Below are positions 35,117-45,092 of a DNA stretch of 64,000 bases, piece by piece (position 1 is the stretch's first letter; each line of letters opens with the position of its first letter). Location of the stretch: the NCBI GenBank assembly GCA_045656605.1, contig JAZORO010000070.1, positions 731 through 64,730 of the forward strand. Reading direction: 5' to 3'. The notes beneath the pieces were generated by a model that was not told the origin of the DNA, searched no databases, and saw only the letters and a program-made list of their open reading frames with translations. The translations under genes were made by a program, and so were the position numbers. Source of the DNA: Eubacteriales bacterium (GTDB lineage: Bacteria; Bacillota; Clostridia; Oscillospirales; CAG-272).

Positions 35117-36922
35117 TTATGCAAGAGAATACTTTTGCTTATATTCATTGAAGGCGGTCTCGTACTCTTCGCTTCCCTCTCTGACCTCGGAAAGATACTT
35201 GTGCATATCGAGCAACTCCTTGGTGGACAGCTCGATAACGCAACCCGCTATATTGGAGCAATGGTCGGATACACGCTCAAGATTAGTGAGTATATCGGAT
35301 AGAATGAATCCGTGCTCAATGCTGCACTCGCTCTTCTGAAGCCTTATAATATGACCTGCCTTTATATCATCTCTAAGGTCGTCAATAACCTGCTCAAGAG
35401 GCTCTACCCTTGCCGCAAGCTTAACGTCGCCGTTAACGAATGCAGCCTTGGTAAGCGAAAGAATCTCTTCGACAGCCGCCACAAGCACTGAGAGCTGACG
35501 GTTAGCCTCATCCGAGAAGGATATCTTCTTATCCCTCATTTCCTCAGCCGACTCGACGATATTTACTGCGTGGTCGGATATGCGCTCGAGGTCACCGATA
35601 ATGTGCAGAAGCTCGGTTACTTGCTCCGAATCTTTTACGTCAAGGTCGGTCGCCGAAAGCTTGACAAGATAAGAGCCGAGCGAGTCCTCATAGTTGTCCG
35701 CCTTAGCTTCCATATCTCTTATCACGTTCGCCACCTTAGGGTCGTAATCCTTGAACATCTTAAGCGAATCAACAAGAGCCGATACGGAAATTTCAGCCAT
35801 AGAATACGCAACACGGGTAGCGCTCTCTGCCGCAACAGCAGGAGTACCGAGCAGACGCTCGTCGAGCATATTTGCCGTTTCCTTGTCCTCTTCCTTATCC
35901 TTAACAAGGAAGGTGGCAAGCCTTGCGAGCTGCTTGTAGAACGGTCCGAGAATGGCTACGAGGATAACCTTGAATAGCGTGTGACAAAGAGCAACGCCCC
36001 ACATATCGATAGGAAGCGATACGAATGCAAAGTTAAGTATAGCGTTAAGCAGACAGAATACCGAAAGCACGATAACTACGCCTATCACGTTGAACAAAAG
36101 GTGAACGACAGCGGCTCTCTTACCGTTCTTGTTAGCTCCGATGGACGAAAGCATTGCGGTAACGCACGTACCTATATTCTGACCCATTACGATGGGAATT
36201 GCGGCGCCGTAAGAAATAGCGCCCGTGACTGTCAACGACTGAAGTATACCGACAGACGCAGAGGAAGACTGCACTATAGCGGTAAGAACAAGACCTGCGA
36301 GAACGCCGAGAATCGGATTCTCGAACATAAGGAGTACGTTCTTAAAGCCTTCGTCTGTGGAAAGAGGCTTGACGGAATCGCTCATCATACTCATACCTAC
36401 CATAAGAACGGCAAAGCCGAGGAGTATAGCGCCGATGTCCTTCTTCTTTCCTCTCTTTACAAACATCGTGAGGCAAATACCGATGACGGCGAGAATAGGC
36501 ATCCAGCTGTCGGGCTTCAAAAGATTTAGTATATCCTGAGCGCCGCCGCTAATCTGACCTATGCCGGACATAGCCGTAAGCCACGAGGTGACGGCAGTAC
36601 CGACGTTTGCGCCGATTATTACGCCGACCGCCTGCAAAAGAGTCATAGTGCCGGAGTTTACAAAACCGACAACCATAACCGTCGTAGCGCTCGACGACTG
36701 AATAATAGCGGTAACTCCGAGTCCTAAAAGAAAACCTTTTATTGGATTTGACGTCATCTTGCCGAGAATAGCCTTAAGGCTTGAGCCTGCGCTCTTTTTC
36801 AGCGACTCGCCCATAACGTCCATTCCGTAAAGGAACAGAGCAAGACCGCAAAGCAGGGACAGAACGCTGAATACGTCAAACTTCTCAGCGCTTTCCAAAA
36901 GAAACAAGTTTAGACTGTTCAT
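35117..36922 (-). CDS. Na/Pi cotransporter family protein with C-terminal PhoU-like domains
   Basis: The polytopic N-terminal half carries the repeated 'QSSSA(T/S)' motifs. The C-terminal half is helical with 'ERISDHA' and 'ERVSDHC' PhoU-type repeats. Confidence 0.85.
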   Translation of the reverse strand: MNSLNLFLLESAEKFDVFSVLSLLCGLALFLYGMDVMGESLKKSAGSSLKAILGKMTSNPIKGFLLGLGVTAIIQSSSATTVMVVGFVNSGTMTLLQAVGVIIGANVGTAVTSWLTAMSGIGQISGGAQDILNLLKPDSWMPILAVIGICLTMFVKRGKKKDIGAILLGFAVLMVGMSMMSDSVKPLSTDEGFKNVLLMFENPILGVLAGLVLTAIVQSSSASVGILQSLTVTGAISYGAAIPIVMGQNIGTCVTAMLSSIGANKNGKRAAVVHLLFNVIGVVIVLSVFCLLNAILNFAFVSLPIDMWGVALCHTLFKVILVAILGPFYKQLARLATFLVKDKEEDKETANMLDERLLGTPAVAAESATRVAYSMAEISVSALVDSLKMFKDYDPKVANVIRDMEAKADNYEDSLGSYLVKLSATDLDVKDSEQVTELLHIIGDLERISDHAVNIVESAEEMRDKKISFSDEANRQLSVLVAAVEEILSLTKAAFVNGDVKLAARVEPLEQVIDDLRDDIKAGHIIRLQKSECSIEHGFILSDILTNLERVSDHCSNIAGCVIELSTKELLDMHKYLSEVREGSEEYETAFNEYKQKYSLA

Positions 36923-36965
36923 TTTTACTCATCCTTTATTTTCCGGTGAATCCCCCGAATTAGTT

Positions 36966-37751
36966 TTACACAATAATATCCTTCACGCTGTCGAGTATAT
37001 ACTTGGGGCGATAAGAGAACTTTGTGAGTCCGTCTCTCGTAGTAACACCGGAAAGCACGAGCACGGTATCTATCTCGGTCTCGATTCCGGCGATGATATC
37101 GGTATCCATACGGTCGCCTATCAAAGCCGTTTCAATCCTGTGAGTTCCGAGCTTCTTCAAAGCGTGGCGCATCATAAGAGGATTCGGCTTGCCGACAAAA
37201 TACGCCTTCATCCCCGTCGTCAATTCTATGGGAGAAATAAGAGCTCTGCACGCAGGCACTATCCCCTGCTCCGACGGATCGGTAAGGTCACTGTTTGTGC
37301 CTATGAGCTTTGCGCCGTTCATAACAAGCCTGCACGCCTTCTCGATTTTCTCATAGCTGAGCGCCTTCGTCGAACCGAAAACAACATAATCGGGGTTGTA
37401 GTCGTTCATACTGAAGCCCGCCTCGTAAAGAGCGTAGGTAAGTCCGGGCTCACCGATGACGTAAACAGAGCCGCCGCTACACTGACCTGCGAGGAAGGAT
37501 GCGGTTGCAAGAGCGCTGGTATAAAAATGATTCTCGGAAACGTTAAGCCCCATTCTGTAAAGCTTCTGAGAAAGCTCCCTCGGCGAGCGCTCGGACGAGT
37601 TCGTCAGAAAGAGATAATCCTTTCCTTCTTTTTCCAGCCACACAAGAAAGTCCGCAACGCCCGGTATCACCCTGTTCCCGTGATAGATAACGCCGTCCAT
37701 ATCGCATATAAAAGCTTTTTTCTCTCTTAAAACATCAAGATTCTGATCCAT
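36966..37751 (-). CDS. HAD-IIA family hydrolase (NagD-like sugar phosphatase)
   Basis: 'FICDMDGVIY', 'LTNSS' and 'IGDRMDTDI' are present. The start follows AGAGGAG. Confidence 0.8.
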   Translation of the reverse strand: MDQNLDVLREKKAFICDMDGVIYHGNRVIPGVADFLVWLEKEGKDYLFLTNSSERSPRELSQKLYRMGLNVSENHFYTSALATASFLAGQCSGGSVYVIGEPGLTYALYEAGFSMNDYNPDYVVFGSTKALSYEKIEKACRLVMNGAKLIGTNSDLTDPSEQGIVPACRALISPIELTTGMKAYFVGKPNPLMMRHALKKLGTHRIETALIGDRMDTDIIAGIETEIDTVLVLSGVTTRDGLTKFSYRPKYILDSVKDIIV

Positions 37752-37788
37752 TTTTAACTCCTCTGTCAATTTTTCAAAAGGTAAACCA

Positions 37789-38448
37789 TCAAAGAAGCTT
37801 CTGCCCGTTTACTACAAGTGTAAAGCTGATTTCGAGCTTCTCTGCCGCTCTGCGACACATAATCATACGCTCAAGGAATATCTCAAAGTAATCCATAACA
37901 GCGCTTATCTCGGAATTAATCGTAAGATTCAGCGAAAGAGTCTTTTTATCTTCGGAAAAATCTAGAGAAGCCGCCTCGACCGAATAATTGACTCTATCGT
38001 GAATATCAAATGCCGTAACGTCACAATTTCTAACCCTGGAACGTCTGACGTCGGTCTTATCCGCCAGAATAAGCGCCGCCGCAACGGGGTTAACAGCGAC
38101 CCCTGCGCCCTCATCGTGGTTTCCAATAGCGGTCACGATGGAAGCTATGTCCTTCGCAGGCATACCCAGCTTATCCAGAATTCTGAACGCTATGACCGCT
38201 CCCGTCTCGGAGTGATTTACCCTGTTAACCACGTTTCCTATATCGTGCAAATATCCCGCTATCCTGGCGATCTCGACCGTATGCTCGTCATAACCGAGCG
38301 TCTCGAGTATATACGCTGCCGTTATACTGACCTTAGTAACGTGCGCAAAGCTGTGCTCGGTATAGCCGAGAGCCTTCAGCGACGCATCCGCCTCCGTGAT
38401 ATACGTTCTTATGTCCTCGTTATTTTTTATATCTTCAAATTTTATCAT
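37789..38448 (-). CDS. HD-domain phosphohydrolase
   Basis: 'HSFAHV' and 'GYLHDIGN' are present. Confidence 0.7.
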   Translation of the reverse strand: MIKFEDIKNNEDIRTYITEADASLKALGYTEHSFAHVTKVSITAAYILETLGYDEHTVEIARIAGYLHDIGNVVNRVNHSETGAVIAFRILDKLGMPAKDIASIVTAIGNHDEGAGVAVNPVAAALILADKTDVRRSRVRNCDVTAFDIHDRVNYSVEAASLDFSEDKKTLSLNLTINSEISAVMDYFEIFLERMIMCRRAAEKLEISFTLVVNGQKLL

Positions 38449-38735
38449 ACTCTCTTTGCGACCTTACCTTCCAATATAGGATTCAAAGAAAAAAACAATC
38501 TCACTACCGACAACTGCTTCTTACGGAATACATTTTCGGCGTCACTCGGATTTGATATATCGAGCAAGCAAGCTTCGTCTCGCCCACACTACCCCATTTT
38601 ACATTATTATACTTTTTTTTACTCTCTATTTCAATAGCTTCGGGGAAAAATCAGCCATTTCCCGTCTGTTTGTATATTTTGTTTTTACCTTTTTGTCAAA
38701 AACGTAGAAATTGAATATAATTTTAAGGGCAAAGG

Positions 38736-38764
38736 TTGACTTAACCGAAAGACTGTGATATAAT
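38736..38764 (+). promoter_or_regulatory. promoter of the mgtC-like gene
   Basis: TTGACT, a 17-nt spacer, then TATAAT with TGn (tgaTATAAT). Confidence 0.6.
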
Positions 38765-38795
38765 ATTTAATTATTGTTTCTGTAAAGGGGAGCCT

Positions 38796-39497
38796 ATGAA
38801 AGCTATACTTGAATACCTTGCAGGTCTTGATGTTTTATGGAAAACTCTGTTCCGTGTTGCGCTCGCCATTATTATGGGCGGAGTTATGGGAATGGAAAGA
38901 GGAAAGCAGGGCAGAGCCGCAGGAATGCGTACGCATATGCTTGTGTGTCTGGGCGCAACCCTCACCGCAATGACGGGCGTATACACATTTAAGGTTCTTG
39001 AATTTGGTAACGATCCGCTCCGTATTGCCGCTCAGGTCGTATCCGGCATAGGCTTCCTCGGAGTAGGAACTATATTAATAAAAGGACGCTTCCAGATAAC
39101 CGGTCTCACCACCGCTGCAGGCCTGTGGACGGTCGCTACCGTGGGTATTGCCCTCGGCATCGGCTTCTATGCGGGCGCCGTCGCTACTTTTATCGCCGCC
39201 GTCGTCGCTATTACGATTATGGCAAGGTTTGAGTACCGTATTAAGAATAAGCACACAAGATTCGGTATATACGTCGAGATACGCTCGGATAAGGAAGTCA
39301 GAAAGGTAATCAATTATCTTGAGGAACACTTCCGTGTCAGCGACATACAGGTAACCCCTTCGAGGAGCGGTATATCGGGCAACGTGGGAATTGAAGCAAA
39401 CGTGCACGCATACGACAACATAAATCTCGATCCCAACCTTATATCCGCCGAGATCGAAAGGCTCGAAGAGGTTGTATTCGCCGTAGAGTCTATATAA
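38796..39497 (+). CDS. MgtC/SapB family membrane protein
   Basis: 'GGVMGMERGKQGRAAGMRTHMLVCLGA' is present, followed by a C-terminal ACT-like soluble domain. Confidence 0.85.
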   Translation: MKAILEYLAGLDVLWKTLFRVALAIIMGGVMGMERGKQGRAAGMRTHMLVCLGATLTAMTGVYTFKVLEFGNDPLRIAAQVVSGIGFLGVGTILIKGRFQITGLTTAAGLWTVATVGIALGIGFYAGAVATFIAAVVAITIMARFEYRIKNKHTRFGIYVEIRSDKEVRKVINYLEEHFRVSDIQVTPSRSGISGNVGIEANVHAYDNINLDPNLISAEIERLEEVVFAVESI

Positions 39498-39524
39498 ATC
39501 AAAAACAAAAAGTGAAAGTTCGCA

Positions 39525-39570
39525 AAAAACGCCTGTACCTGCACTGCGCTAGACAGGCTTTTTTGTTTTT
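39525..39570 (+). terminator. probable rho-independent terminator
   Basis: A GCCTGT/ACAGGC stem is followed by TTTTTTGTTTTT. Confidence 0.5.
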
Positions 39571-39717
39571 ATGCCGTATTTTCAAGGCAAGCGTTTTGCA
39601 AAAGTGCCCCTATAACAGCATCTTTTCCAAAAAATGTCCATAAACTCTTGATAATTCGATTTTATTAGTGTATAATAGCATTGCGAATTTTTAAAAAACG
39701 GAGGAAAAGAGAGCAAA

Positions 39718-40902
39718 ATGAAGGAATTGCTCAGTCTTTTTGAAACCATCCTCGCCTTCGGCAAGGACGGAAACTGGAAAATGATTCTTATGTGGGTTAT
39801 CGGCGGAGTTCTGATATACCTCGCAATTAAGAAAGAAATGGAACCCACACTGCTTTTACCCATAGGCTTCGGTTGTATTATTATGAACTTCCCCGGCTCG
39901 GGCGCAGCAGAGCCTCTGCATACACTTTACGAGGCAGGTATAGCTAACGAACTGTTCCCCCTTATACTCTTCATCGGTATCGGAGCTATGATAGACTTCG
40001 GTCCTTTGCTCACAAACCCCAAGCTTATGATATTCGGCGCGGCGGCTCAGTTCGGTATTTTCTTTACTCTTTGCATGGCGTCGATCTTCTTCCCCGACTT
40101 CCGCGACTTTGCTTCTATCGCAATCATCGGTGCGGCAGACGGCCCCACATCGATAGTTGTAGCTACAAAGCTCGGCTCTCAGTACGTAGGCGCTATTACG
40201 GTAGCGGCATACTCTTATATGGCTCTCGTGCCTATTATTCAGCCCCCCGTAATCAAGCTTCTTACTACAAAAAAGGAGAGAATGATACGTATGGCGTACA
40301 AGCCTGCGAGCGTATCCAAGACTACGAAGATTCTCTTCCCCATTATTATCACAATCATCGCCTGCATCTTCGCTCCCGGAGCCGGTTCGCTCATCGGATT
40401 CCTTATGTTCGGTAACCTTATCCGCGAGTGCGGAGTCCTGGACTCGCTCTCTGAGACAGCTCAGAAGGTGCTCGCTAACCTTGTCACCCTCTTCCTCGGT
40501 ATCACCATCGCCTTCAATATGACGGCAAGCCAGTTCCTGAACGTAAACACCCTTCTCATTATGGGACTCGGTCTTATTGCGTTTATAGTTGATACCGCAG
40601 GCGGCGTCCTCTTCGCCAAGCTTTACAACGTCGTAGCAAGAATATTCGGTATGGAGCTTATCAATCCTATGATCGGTGCGGCAGGTATATCCGCCTTCCC
40701 GATGTCGGGCAGAATCGTACACAAGATGGCTCTGGCTGAGGACAATCAAAACTTCCTGCTTATGCACTCCATAGGCGTAAACGTATCCGGACAGATAGCA
40801 TCGGTTATTGCAGGCGCTCTTATTCTCAACTTCTTCGTGCCTATGCTCGGCGGAGCTGAGAGCGCATCGGTGCTCGATGCACTTGCATCCCTGTTCGCTT
40901 AA
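39718..40902 (+). CDS. sodium ion-translocating decarboxylase beta subunit (OadB/GcdB/MmdB family)
   Basis: This polytopic 394-aa protein has 'LLLPIGFG', 'IGAMIDFGPLLTNP' and 'GAADGPT'. Confidence 0.85.
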   Translation: MKELLSLFETILAFGKDGNWKMILMWVIGGVLIYLAIKKEMEPTLLLPIGFGCIIMNFPGSGAAEPLHTLYEAGIANELFPLILFIGIGAMIDFGPLLTNPKLMIFGAAAQFGIFFTLCMASIFFPDFRDFASIAIIGAADGPTSIVVATKLGSQYVGAITVAAYSYMALVPIIQPPVIKLLTTKKERMIRMAYKPASVSKTTKILFPIIITIIACIFAPGAGSLIGFLMFGNLIRECGVLDSLSETAQKVLANLVTLFLGITIAFNMTASQFLNVNTLLIMGLGLIAFIVDTAGGVLFAKLYNVVARIFGMELINPMIGAAGISAFPMSGRIVHKMALAEDNQNFLLMHSIGVNVSGQIASVIAGALILNFFVPMLGGAESASVLDALASLFA

Positions 40903-40920
40903 AGATTGAAAGGAGAAAAA

Positions 40921-41064
40921 ATGGACTTTATACCTTCCAATTTTGTAACCAACCTTAAGTATATGGGCGTAGGAATGCTCGGCGTCCTTATGATTGTCGC
41001 AATAATTATGGGAGCAACCTACCTTATCGGTTATATCTCCGGCAAGGCGAGCAAGGGTGAATAA
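40921..41064 (+). CDS. 47-aa single-TM mini-protein, possible OadG-like gamma subunit (not in the ORF track)
   Basis: AAAGGAGAAAAA precedes the ATG at 40921. The product is MDFIPSNFVTNLKYMGVGMLGVLMIVAIIMGATYLIGYISGKASKGE. It starts 19 nt after the oadB-like stop and is followed by a strong terminator. Confidence 0.5.
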   Translation: MDFIPSNFVTNLKYMGVGMLGVLMIVAIIMGATYLIGYISGKASKGE

Positions 41065-41094
41065 CCGCACCGCCTTTCCATGTTAAACAAAAAA

Positions 41095-41130
41095 ACTGCC
41101 GACTCAACTCTCTGAGTCGGCAGTTTTTTT
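41095..41130. terminator. bidirectional rho-independent terminator
   Basis: A 12-bp stem, ACTGCCGACTCA/TGAGTCGGCAGT, is flanked by an A-run and a T-run. Confidence 0.8.
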
Positions 41131-41148
41131 ACAAATGCTCGCAAGCTA

Positions 41149-41646
41149 TTACAAAAGCATACCTGCTCCGATAAATGCGGAGTACACGCCTTCACCAAGC
41201 ATTATGGCGATGATTGCGCACAGATAAACCGCAACGTATACAACGCCAACGACTGCGCCCACGATAGCTGCGATTCCGCAGGTCTTCGCATACTCGGGCT
41301 GACTCTCCTTCCAAACAATCCACAGAATGAGTCCGATGATAGGCATACCTACGCATACGCTTGCCAGAGCGCCCTTAGCCGCTGAAACAGCGAGGCCGGG
41401 GTTTTTATCCTTGTTGAGCGCCCAGATGATAAGACCTATCCACCAGAAGAAGAAGGAAAGCACAGCGATTCCGCCGTTTCTGCCCAACTTATTATCAGCA
41501 ACGCCGCTGAGGTCTACCGGGGGTACTGTCCCGTCCGTATCGGTTGCGAAATCGGTATCTGCCGATGCTTCAATCTTTGCGCCGCAGCTCTGGCAGTAGA
41601 GGTCCGTATCCTCAACCTTATTGCCGCAATATTTGCAAAACTTCAT
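41149..41646 (-). CDS. zinc-ribbon domain membrane protein
   Basis: The N-terminal 'CKYCGNKVEDTDLYCQSCG' is followed by several TM helices. The start follows GGAGG. Confidence 0.6.
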   Translation of the reverse strand: MKFCKYCGNKVEDTDLYCQSCGAKIEASADTDFATDTDGTVPPVDLSGVADNKLGRNGGIAVLSFFFWWIGLIIWALNKDKNPGLAVSAAKGALASVCVGMPIIGLILWIVWKESQPEYAKTCGIAAIVGAVVGVVYVAVYLCAIIAIMLGEGVYSAFIGAGMLL

Positions 41647-41710
41647 TTTTACCTCCACAAGTTTTATTTAATAGCAAAAGCTTACTATTACCTGAAAATT
41701 CACGACTCTG

Positions 41711-42535
41711 TCAGGAGTCGGGGAACAAACGCTTCAGGAAGAACTCCATAACGTGCTCGTTGTTCCCGACGGCGATATTCTTCGCAACCGCCTTAAGCTC
41801 GTCGCACGCATTCTCCATAGCGTAAGAATTCGGAGTGATAGCGACCATCGAGATATCGTTTCTGCTGTCTCCTACAGTAATTATCTCATCGACCGAAAGT
41901 CCCAGCGCTTCGCACAGAGTGAATACCATCTTACCCTTGCCTGCCTCGGGAGAATATATCTCGAGATTGACGTCATCCGATGCGGCTACGGAGTGACCGA
42001 GAGCGGTGAGCTCTCTATAACACTCCTCCCTCTCGCTCGCACTGTGGAAGAAAGGAATGAGCATCTCCAGCTGGTGCGTACCGTCAAAGCAAGAGTCGAT
42101 ATCATCAGTATACACTGCGTAAATGTGAAAGTGATGAATAAATGAGTCGGAGACTCTGTAATACTTAAACGCTGCATCTAAGTCAGCCATTGTTTCGCAA
42201 AGGCACTCTCCGTCACAATGAATATTTATATATGCGTCATACTTTCTTAAGACAGATAAAAGCTCGCCGTGCTTATCTGCGGGTATCATCCTCGTGATTC
42301 TCTCGCCCGTAACAAGATTCTCAAGCACCGAGCCGTCGGAAGAAATAAGATATTTTATACCAGGGTGATTCAGCACCTCGGTCGGTATCTCCGATTTTCC
42401 CCTACCCGAAGAAGGCACCACGATAACGCCCCTCTCGGCAAGCTCGCTTATCGCCCGTGAATTTCTCTCGGAGAGCAATGCATCATCATCCAAAAGCGTG
42501 CCGTCGAGGTCTGTAACTATCGGCTTAATTGCCAT
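41711..42535 (-). CDS. Cof-type HAD-IIB family hydrolase
   Basis: 'IVTDLDGTLL', 'SGRG' and 'GDSRNDISM' are present. Confidence 0.85.
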   Translation of the reverse strand: MAIKPIVTDLDGTLLDDDALLSERNSRAISELAERGVIVVPSSGRGKSEIPTEVLNHPGIKYLISSDGSVLENLVTGERITRMIPADKHGELLSVLRKYDAYINIHCDGECLCETMADLDAAFKYYRVSDSFIHHFHIYAVYTDDIDSCFDGTHQLEMLIPFFHSASEREECYRELTALGHSVAASDDVNLEIYSPEAGKGKMVFTLCEALGLSVDEIITVGDSRNDISMVAITPNSYAMENACDELKAVAKNIAVGNNEHVMEFFLKRLFPDS

Positions 42536-42747
42536 CTGTACTCCTTAGCTTTATACAATTGCGCAAAGAGGACAACAAGGCTTCCCGAAAGCGCATTTTT
42601 AATTTCAAAACGATTATACCAAATGAATCCCGCAAATGCAATAGAAAAATGGAAAAAGCGTACTTTTTGTTGACTTTCGTCATCTTGTATGCTAGAATTC
42701 TGTGTGTTTGTATTTAACGGTAGAGAATTTTAATTTAAAGAGGATTT

Positions 42748-44142
42748 ATGAAAAGCTTATTCGGAGACAGAAAATTTTATAATAGAGTCCTGACGATATT
42801 CATCCCTATAGTCATTCAGATGGCGGTGACGAACTTCGTGAGCCTGCTCGATAATATAATGGTCGGCGCACTGGGTACAGAATCAATCTCCGGTGTCTCC
42901 ATCGTCAATCAGTTTATATTCATATTTAACCTTATAATTTTCGGTGCACTATCTGCGGCAGGAATATTCACTGCGCAGTACCACGGCTCGAACGACGAAG
43001 ACGGAATCAGATATACCTTCAGATTCAAGCTGATGTTCAATATAGTCGTCTCCCTTCTTTGCACTCTTGTTTTCTTCTTGTTCAGAGCCGAGATTATCAA
43101 CCTGTTTATTCACGACGACGGCAGTGTGGGGAACATAGAGCTCGCATTTCTCGAAGCAGAAAAATATCTTATGTATATGCTTATCGGGCTTGCGCCTTAC
43201 GCCGTGGCGCAGGTCTTCGCATCCACGATGAAGGAGACGGGAGAAACGGTAGTGCCGATGATATCGAGCATTGCGGCAGTGGCTGTAAACTGCGCTCTGA
43301 ACCTCGTGCTTATCTTCGGTATGCTCGGCTTCCCTGCCCTCGGGGTTGTAGGCGCAGCTATCGCTACGGTAATCTCCAGATTTGTAGAGCTTCTTATCCT
43401 CGTAATATGGTTCATTTATAAGCGCCGCAACGGCGGATATATAAGAGGCGCTTTCGCTTCTATGTACGTGCCTATGCACCTTATTCGAAAAATCATCCGT
43501 AAGGGCCTTCCTCTTATGGCGAATGAGTTCTTCTGGTCGCTGGCAGTCACTATGAGGAATCAGTGCTATTCCACAAGAGGTCTCGAGGTGCTTGCGGCTA
43601 ACAGCATATCAACAACGGTATCAAACTTCTTCGGAGTCGTTTATCTTGCGATGGGCGCATCAATCGCAATAATCCTCGGTAACACGCTGGGGGCGGGAGA
43701 TATCGAGGGCGCTAAGAGCGAGTCGAAAAAGCTCATAACCTTCTCCGCCCTTCTCTCGGCAGGTATCGGCTTGATTGTCGCTGCGCTTTCCGGAGTATTC
43801 CCCCTTATGTACGACGTAGAGCCTGAGGTTAGAAGCCTCGCTACCGTTATGCTGGTCGTCACCGCCCTTTTGACACCCGTATACGCTTTGAGCAACTCGA
43901 CCTACTACACTATACGCTCGGGCGGCAAAATCTTTACCACCGTGCTTCTCGACAGCGCCTTTATGTGGAGTATCGTCGTGCCTGTGTCACTGATTCTTGC
44001 GCACTTTTCCTCTCTTGATATCGTGCCTCTGTTCATAATCTGTCAGTGCACGGAGATGCTCAAGGTCGTGCTGGGATTCATTCTTCTGAAGAAATCCAAC
44101 TGGGCTAACCGTATGGTCGCTCCCGGGGAGAACGCAGAATAG
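42748..44142 (+). CDS. MATE family efflux transporter
   Basis: The protein is a 12-TM type with 'PIVIQMAVTNFVSLLDNIMVG'. Confidence 0.85.
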   Translation: MKSLFGDRKFYNRVLTIFIPIVIQMAVTNFVSLLDNIMVGALGTESISGVSIVNQFIFIFNLIIFGALSAAGIFTAQYHGSNDEDGIRYTFRFKLMFNIVVSLLCTLVFFLFRAEIINLFIHDDGSVGNIELAFLEAEKYLMYMLIGLAPYAVAQVFASTMKETGETVVPMISSIAAVAVNCALNLVLIFGMLGFPALGVVGAAIATVISRFVELLILVIWFIYKRRNGGYIRGAFASMYVPMHLIRKIIRKGLPLMANEFFWSLAVTMRNQCYSTRGLEVLAANSISTTVSNFFGVVYLAMGASIAIILGNTLGAGDIEGAKSESKKLITFSALLSAGIGLIVAALSGVFPLMYDVEPEVRSLATVMLVVTALLTPVYALSNSTYYTIRSGGKIFTTVLLDSAFMWSIVVPVSLILAHFSSLDIVPLFIICQCTEMLKVVLGFILLKKSNWANRMVAPGENAE

Positions 44143-44151
44143 CTTACCCTT

Positions 44152-44961
44152 TTACTGCTCCTCACCTTCAACTCGGGAGAAACGAAGCGCATACTCGGAT
44201 GCGGAAAGTGAAAAACAGTTTTTGAAAGCCCTTGAGAAAACAAATACGTCGGAATATCCGACAGAGGCGGCTACGACGGAAAAGGAGTAGCCGCCTTCCT
44301 TTATCATTTCCTCGGCTCTTTTCATTCTCAGCTCCTTAAGGTACGCCCCCGGAGTCTGCCCCGTTTTCTCTTTGAAAATCTGTTGAAAATAAGTACGGGA
44401 AAGATGCAGTCTTTTCGCTATATCCGATGCCGTGATGCCATTCGAATATTCCTTCTCTATCATACTTACCGCCGTATGAATATATCCGTCGGGCGAGGAA
44501 GCCTTTTCGTCCCGTGCGAGGAGAATAGAAACAATCCTATACACAGAGGCAAGGAGATGCTCCTCATAGCCTCTGCCGGATGCAAATTTTTCGTCTTTAT
44601 CATACGCAGACAGAAACACATCTCTAAGCTCGGGAGCGTATATGTAATCGCCCTTTAACCCCTCGGGCAATGCGATACTACTCTCAAAGCCTATCCAATA
44701 ATACTCCCAAGGGTCGCTCCTGTCTGCCTCATAATAGGTGACCTCGTTCGGCTTAATTATAAAAATATCTCCCGCCGAAAGGTGCGCCACGCCTCTCTTT
44801 GTTCTGAATATACCTTTGCCTGACAATACAAAATGCAAAAGAAAGTATTTTCTAATCGCAGGTCCGAAGCTGTGTCCCGAATCGCAAATTTCCCGTCCGC
44901 ATAGGACAGGATTTATTTCTTTAAACCCTTTATCAAGAATATTTTTACTTTCAGACGCCAT
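44152..44961 (-). CDS. AraC family transcriptional regulator
   Basis: It has a cupin-like N-terminal domain and a C-terminal AraC HTH ('IAKRLHLSRTYFQQIFKEKTGQTP'). It is divergent from melA. Confidence 0.85.
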   Translation of the reverse strand: MASESKNILDKGFKEINPVLCGREICDSGHSFGPAIRKYFLLHFVLSGKGIFRTKRGVAHLSAGDIFIIKPNEVTYYEADRSDPWEYYWIGFESSIALPEGLKGDYIYAPELRDVFLSAYDKDEKFASGRGYEEHLLASVYRIVSILLARDEKASSPDGYIHTAVSMIEKEYSNGITASDIAKRLHLSRTYFQQIFKEKTGQTPGAYLKELRMKRAEEMIKEGGYSFSVVAASVGYSDVFVFSRAFKNCFSLSASEYALRFSRVEGEEQ

Positions 44962-45092
44962 TTTTTCCCTTCCTCTTGTTACGGAATTATATCTTTATTA
45001 TACATAAACAAAAGACAAATTGCAATTGTACTTGAAAAATTTTTGTAGTATAATTAAATCGAAATTCAACAAAACCGAAAAGGAGACTTAAA

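Noticed and set aside
39856-41070. A 404-aa minus-strand ORF antisense to the OadB-like gene.
   Set aside because: The sense strand encodes a typical polytopic OadB. The antisense product is rich in Cys, His and Arg with no motifs or RBS.
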